Source: Cystobasidiomycetes sp. EMM_F5
Taxonomy: Eukaryota
Direction: 5' to 3'
Assembly (NCBI GenBank): GCA_051047955.1
Contig: JBPGPT010000032.1
Coordinates: 124,001 to 178,480, forward strand
Length of the DNA: 54,480 bases
Position numbers and translations under genes: made by a program. This document shows positions 48,711 to 54,480 of this stretch, piece after piece. The notes beneath the pieces were generated by a model that saw only the letters and a program-made list of their open reading frames with translations, was not told the origin of the DNA and did no database searches. Numbering within the stretch: the first letter of the stretch is position 1; every line of letters begins with the position of its first letter.

Positions 48711-50845
48711 ATGGCAGCTGCACACGCTGAGGAAGAGCTTATTGACTACGAGGAGGATGAGGCGACAGTGACGGCGCCAGCCGCTGCGACGAATGGAGGT
48801 GCAGCGTCAACCGACGGAGCGGGCGATGCGAAAGCGCAGAAGGGTTCATACGTCGGTATCCATTCAACTGGTTTCCGGGACTTTTTGCTGCATCCCGAGT
48901 TGCTTCGCGCCATTACCGATCTCGGTTTCGAGCATCCATCCGAAGGTTCGTAATTCTGACCTTCGCAATACACCGTCACTTCAGCATGCCAGATCAGCAT
49001 GACCGAACGATCATGGATCGCAGCAAGACAGATTGTCATCGTTGGCGATCCAGAGGGGTTCATTACTCGGTCCGCTGTTCACTCTTACCGCCCTTCATTT
49101 GCTTTATGAATACGGAAAGCGCATCAAGCCGACATTTCGCTCTCTTTCTTTACGTCGTTACAGTTCAACAAGAATGTATTCCTCAAGCTATACTCGAGAT
49201 GGATGTCTTGTGCCAAGCAAAATCAGGAATGGGTACGTACAGGTCTAGGGAGGTATTCCGTCGCGAGGCATATGCTGAAATGGGAAATTCATTAGGTAAA
49301 ACTGCCGTCTTTGTGATTGCTACACTGCAACAGATTGAACCCGTTGACGGGCAAGTATCGGTAATCGTGCTGTGCCACACTCGCGAGTTGGCCTACCAGA
49401 TCAACAATGAGTATGCGCGATTCAGCAAGTATATGCCCAAAGTCCGCACGTCAGTCTTTTACGGAGGCACAAGCCAAAAAGCCGACACCGAGACGCTCAA
49501 GAACAAGGATACTTGCCCGCACATTATTGTAGCCACTCCTGGACGTCTGAACTCGCTTGTCCGCGACAAGTCTCTGAACGCTTCCAACGTCAAGCATTTC
49601 GTCCTTGATGAGTGCGATAAGCTCTTGGATACTATCGGTCAGTCTTTTCCTCTTCGAACTCGTGCCGCGTCTGTACGGTACCCCAGTACGTATCGGTGTC
49701 GCGTGCGCCTCAGCATCCGGTAGCTCGGTTCAACGAAGCGGTCCTGCACATGCTAGATGTCATGCTACCGGAACAATGCGGGAATGATGGTGTCCTGCTG
49801 GCCATACCCTTCCTGCTGGCCCGCTACGGCAAAACCTGCGATGGATCGCGTAGGCAAGCTACGACACTCGAGTACCCATCACCGTACTATAACAAAAGAC
49901 GCAGAACGAATGCTTACAATGTTTCGCCTTTCGCCACTTCTCCCTCAAACCTGGCTACCACGCTTACCATCTTTCGTTTATCATGCGCCGGAATACAGAC
50001 ATGCGAAGGGATGTACAAGAGATCTTCCGCGCCATTTCGGGCAACAAGCAGGTAATGATGTTTAGCGCTACTTTGTCCAAGGACATTCGTGCAACCTGCA
50101 AGAAATTCATGCAAAATGTGCGTGAGACATCAGTACGAAGGATTGGACAATTATACTGATGTCGTGCTCAATGTACAGCCCTTGGAAATCTATGTGGACG
50201 ATGAGACAAAACTTACGCTACACGGTCTACAACAGCACTATGTCAAGCTTGCCGAAGCAGCCAAGAACCGCAAACTGAACGATTTGCTCGACTCTCTTGA
50301 GTTCAACCAAGTCTGCATATTTGTGAAGTCTGTCAACCGGGCCACACAGTTGGACAAGCTGTTGCGCGATTGCAAATTCCCAAGTATCTGCATCCACTCT
50401 GGACTGCCGCAGCCGGAGCGCATCAAGCGATACCAACAGTTCAAGGCATTCGAGAAGCGTATTCTGGTCGCAACCGACATTTTCGGTCGGGGTATCGATG
50501 TCGAGCGTGTCAACAGTAAGTCGCGCGGTGCTTTGAGAAACCGTCGCTGGACTCTGATTGAACTTCTCCAATAGTCGTCATCAACTATGACACTCCTTCC
50601 GATGCAGATTCATACTTGCACAGAGTCGGTCGTGCCGGACGTTTCGGAACAAAAGGTCTTGCTATCACTTTCATTTCGGCCGATGACGATTCCAAGGTCC
50701 TCGACACCATCCAGTCCCGCTTCGAGGTTGCTATAACGGAGCTGCCAGACACCATTGATGCCAGCACTTACAGTACGTCATCGTTGTCCGCCGTGCGGTC
50801 GGATTCTTTGCTAATGCGGAACTGTTGATTGCAGTGAACGCGTAA
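48711..50845 (+). CDS. SUB2: DECD-box RNA helicase Sub2/UAP56
   Basis: [84 protein letters not shown]. Confidence 0.97.
48995..49077 (+). other. Extended RNA hairpin in SUB2 intron 1
   Basis: Nested complements cagc/gctg, gaccga/tcggtc, tggatcgc/gcgatcca and gaca/tgtc within a 218-nt intron (48946-49163). Confidence 0.55.
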
Positions 50846-51023
50846 AATGCTAAGGGATGATGGCGGTGTTGGTTGTGGTAGCGCACGAGTTGTAAAGCAA
50901 TGAAAGATCTAGGGAATGCGCACAACGTGATTGCTTGATGCAAACGCTTTTGCCAGCTTGCTGTCCTGTTTGCCGATGACCCAACCATACTTTTTCTCCA
51001 CCCTGCTCTAATTGAACAACAGC

Positions 51024-52925
51024 ATGTCCAGCCCTGATGCTTTCTTATTGGACGTACAGAGCGCCTACAGAGCTGTCGATGGGCAGCGTTTGGCTCAATT
51101 GTTGAATCCGCTAGACGCTGGTCGGTCAAAGCAACTAAAGCTGAGCCTGCACGTATGTTATGGCTCAGGGTCAACAGGATCGCAGTGATATTTTCTGACA
51201 TGTACAGCTCAGACTGCTCCACATCTCCGTCCATCCTCCTACCTGTCTCTGGCAAAGACCTTCCTGCCGGACAATATCGCTTTCGCCGAGTTCGTAGCAG
51301 GATATCTGCTGTTTGTTCGCGATGCCAAAGATACAGATGTCATATTACGTGGGAAGGCGTCCGCTGAAGATGCCTTGCAAGCATTCGAGCTTTTCAGCGC
51401 TAGCTACAGGTGCGTAGGCGTCAAGCAACTTGTCATTGGGCTGAAAGGGATCTATTCTGTAAACCGACAGTCTGGCGCTCTCTATTCTGACCAACCAGAA
51501 CCCTTACTGGTTCGTGCCTGCTCTCCGTAAATTAGCGACAGCTTTGGTGGTTCTGGCCTTTACGGTAATTTACCGCCCTTGCATGAATCTTTCGTGCGTA
51601 GAAGCCTTACGAGAATACGTTTGAAGGCGGATGCTTCAGCATCTAACAACAAGCAAGTAAGCAGCGGAGCTGCTGCAAGATTGCTTACACGGTCTTTGAG
51701 TATATGCGCCGCAGAACGGTAAAGCTTGCTTTAATTTTTCCGTCTGAGACAACCTTTTCAACTAAACACTTTGTACATGCTGCCAGGAGTGGTGACTGGC
51801 CGTCTAAACGTCAAGCAGTGTTCTTTCTTGCGAACCAAACTTTTCGTATATACTTCAAAGTAGGCTGCATTCCAGCTAGCTGGACCGACCGAGTTGCTAA
51901 TAAGCCGTCAAGCTCAATAACCTACGGCTGTGTGATACAGTCATAGCAAATGTCCGAGACACTCGCGACTATCTCGACTCACATTTCCCAAAATGCGATC
52001 GGGTAACGTTTCGCTACTATATGGGAAGGCTGTACCTATACCAGCGCAGGCCGCGAAAGGTTAGCCAGTATACTCAGAATATCTGACGCTATCGCTCACA
52101 CGCTCACAATGGCAGGCAATGCTTGTACTGCGGGAGGCTTTCGAGATCTCCACCTCCAGGCAGTGGAAGAATCGCAGGTAGGCCACTCTGCCAAGAACTC
52201 AACATGTCCAACTCAACGTTTAGCATACTGTTTCTTCCAGGCAAATTCTGACGTACCTGATCACGGCGTCAGCACCGTTAGGCGTCTTTCCAAAGTTGAC
52301 ATTGCTGCAAACATACGGCTTGCAATCGCAATATGCGGACCTCTTCAAGGCTGTTAAGGTAGACAGTCGTTATGCGGAACGCTAGAGAGGCTGAAGCTGA
52401 GTGTCCTGCATAGCTCGGCAGCTGGCGGAGCTGCCTTCGACACCTCAACGAGCACAAGCAGTGGCATTTGGCGAAATGTACATACTTGTTTCTTCGGGAA
52501 AAGCTAGAAGTGGTCTGCTGGCGGAATCTTGCGAGACGAACGTAGGTCAACCAATTGTGACATAGGAATCTCTCCCTGAATAGTCAAATACAGTCTATGC
52601 ATCGATCGAGCATCTGGCCGGGCGTCTACGTCCGGGCCTCCAACACTGTCGTTGAAATCTCTGCTACTGACAGCTCGATATGCATTTGATGACGAGTCAT
52701 TAGAGGCAGAAGACATCGAGGCAATGTGTGCCAGTCTACTGGATCAGGTAGGTGCTAGTGCAAGCAGTGTCTTAATCTAATACCGGCTGACTAAATGCCT
52801 TCGTATGTCAGGGTTACGTAAAGGCATACGTGCATCAACGCCAGCAGCTTCTAGTGTTGCAGAAGGGCGGGCAAGCCGGCTTCCCTCCTGTAAGTAGCGT
52901 GCGTACGCTTGGCGGCGATACGTGA
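51024..52925 (+). CDS. PCI-domain protein, Thp1/PCID2/Csn12 family
   Basis: Multi-exon; SKRQAVFFLANQTFRIYFK|LNNLRLCDTV, FPKCDRVTFRYYMGRLYL, KNRRQILTYLI, EDIEAMCASLLDQ|GYVKAYVH..LVLQKG..GFP. Confidence 0.88.
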
Positions 52926-52987
52926 GATGTAAACGCAAGAAGTCTTGAAATGCAATATGGCTGCCGTCAAAGTGATTCCGCATGACA

Positions 52988-54302
52988 TCACGGCTTCACA
53001 GCGGTATGGATTGCAGCTACTCCAAAAGTTCTTAGATCGGTGAAAGAGGTGTCAGGGAAGGCTGCGCTAAGGTGTCGCAACCCACTTACAGATCCTCCCA
53101 TGCACTTTTACCTCTGGGCAGAATGAAGCCAGCATCCTTGATCATCTTTGCGAAATCAGGTTGAGAGGGGAAGCGAGCTATTGACTCAACCAGATACTGT
53201 GATACATCTTGCTCAGTAACGTAACGACGACTCCTTCGATATACATACCTGATAGGAGTCGCGATCCGCTGCAACGATGTGGCCGAGGGCGGGGATCACC
53301 TGGAAAGACCATTCTTTATACAGTCTTTTCATTACGTTTCAGTACGAAGCCCAGTTTCTCGCAATCCCGTAGCTGTACTCACTTGGCAAGAATAGGATTG
53401 CTGACCTTCCCAAATTCCAGACAGCTGAAAACGCCTCCTGGTTTCAAAACGCGGAAAGCTTCTTCCAGAACCTTATCCACGTGCGTGCAGTTGCGTATGC
53501 CGAAAGCAATAGTGTATAGATCTTTGCTGTTTGATTCGACAGTGTGTAGATTTTCTGCGTTGCCAAGAGTGAAGGATATCTGAGGGCCTGAAGTTCAAGC
53601 GACCGTCAGAAGGAATGACTCATATATAGCGCCAATCTTTACCGCACCATCATGATACATTGTCTTGATGAAACGCTTCTTGCCCTCTTCTAGCATTTCA
53701 GCATTGATATCCAACATCTCGACGTGTATTTTCCTATCGTAATGGCGGTCTTTGGCGTGATCCAGTATTCGTTGTGCGATGTCGCCTGCAATGTTGATGC
53801 GTGCAATAGCGCAATTGTCAGATGCCGGATGAGACCTGCAAGCAAATCGAAAACAGTAATGTACCTGTCCCTCCGGCTACGTCCAAGCATTGCATGCCTC
53901 CGCGAGGATCCAGCTTCCGGACGTAGTGGTCCTTCCATAGACGATGTACACCAGCGCTCATGAAATCATTCATCACATCGCTGAAGTGTCAGTAGTCCAG
54001 CATCAACCGTGGCGGCGATCAGCATTCTTCTCAGTCAACAACGGCACAAAGCCCAAGACGCACTACTTGGAAGCTACAGAGCTGAAGACGCTGCCCACCA
54101 TTGATTCCTTGCTGCTCTCTGGAACCGAGCGGAATCCGAAATGCGTATGGCCAGCGTCTTCATCGCTACTTGCTGAAGATCTCGGCGATGCACGCCCAGA
54201 CTCGAGCAGTCGAGGCGTGGTCGAGAGCACTCGAGCTACCTGCTGTTGTGGTAATTGTGGCAGACGCGGCGCCCTCGGACGAAGACCTCTTGTGAAGGAC
54301 AT
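52988..54302 (-). CDS. COQ5: Ubiquinone C-methyltransferase
   Basis: [101 protein letters not shown]. Confidence 0.95.
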
Positions 54303-54480
54303 CAAAGTAATTGGGCAGAGCGCAAGTAGCGACCTCGAGACCCCAATTGAATAAACACAACTGGCCGACCAACGCTTAGCGCTGATTTGCGCCAAATCAG
54401 CGAGGAAGACGACAAAGTGAGCCGGCATCGAAAGCAGAAGGCATCCGTCGAGACTGCAGACCAAGGCCCGTCGCCTCTGG

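Noticed and set aside
1..54480. Transposons, rRNA, tRNA, CRISPR arrays
   Set aside because: No transposase/RT motifs, terminal repeats, RNA-gene signatures or repeat-spacer arrays were seen by eye; tRNAscan-SE/Infernal would be needed to exclude small RNAs

Overview
Compact, intron-rich fungal DNA, inferred to be a basidiomycete (probably a Pucciniomycotina-type yeast) from protein features and short GT-AG introns with CTRAC/CTAAT branch sites. I reconstructed about 27 protein-coding genes by hand, several of them fragmented or missed by the ORF track. The flanks are mostly housekeeping: CWF19, FUR1, an amino acid permease, MED10, a short/branched acyl-CoA dehydrogenase, SSK2, REX1 and a CDF transporter on the left; TAF9, a TVP38-like gene, SUB2, a PCID2/THP1-like gene and COQ5 on the right. 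Between them (about 25.5-41.8 kb) is an accessory-looking island. It holds five cytochrome P450s with no backbone synthase, a decayed segmental duplication, a divergent Egh16/GAS1-like surface protein, SYS1, and two intronless GNAT acetyltransferases. Both GNATs end in a polybasic tract plus a CaaX box (CTIQ, CVIQ), so they are predicted to be farnesylated and membrane-targeted; this is the best novelty candidate. SUB2 has two unusually long introns, one with a hairpin and one with a candidate cassette/poison exon. No rRNA, tRNA, CRISPR array or transposon could be supported. Exon boundaries and family calls come from manual reading, not database searches.
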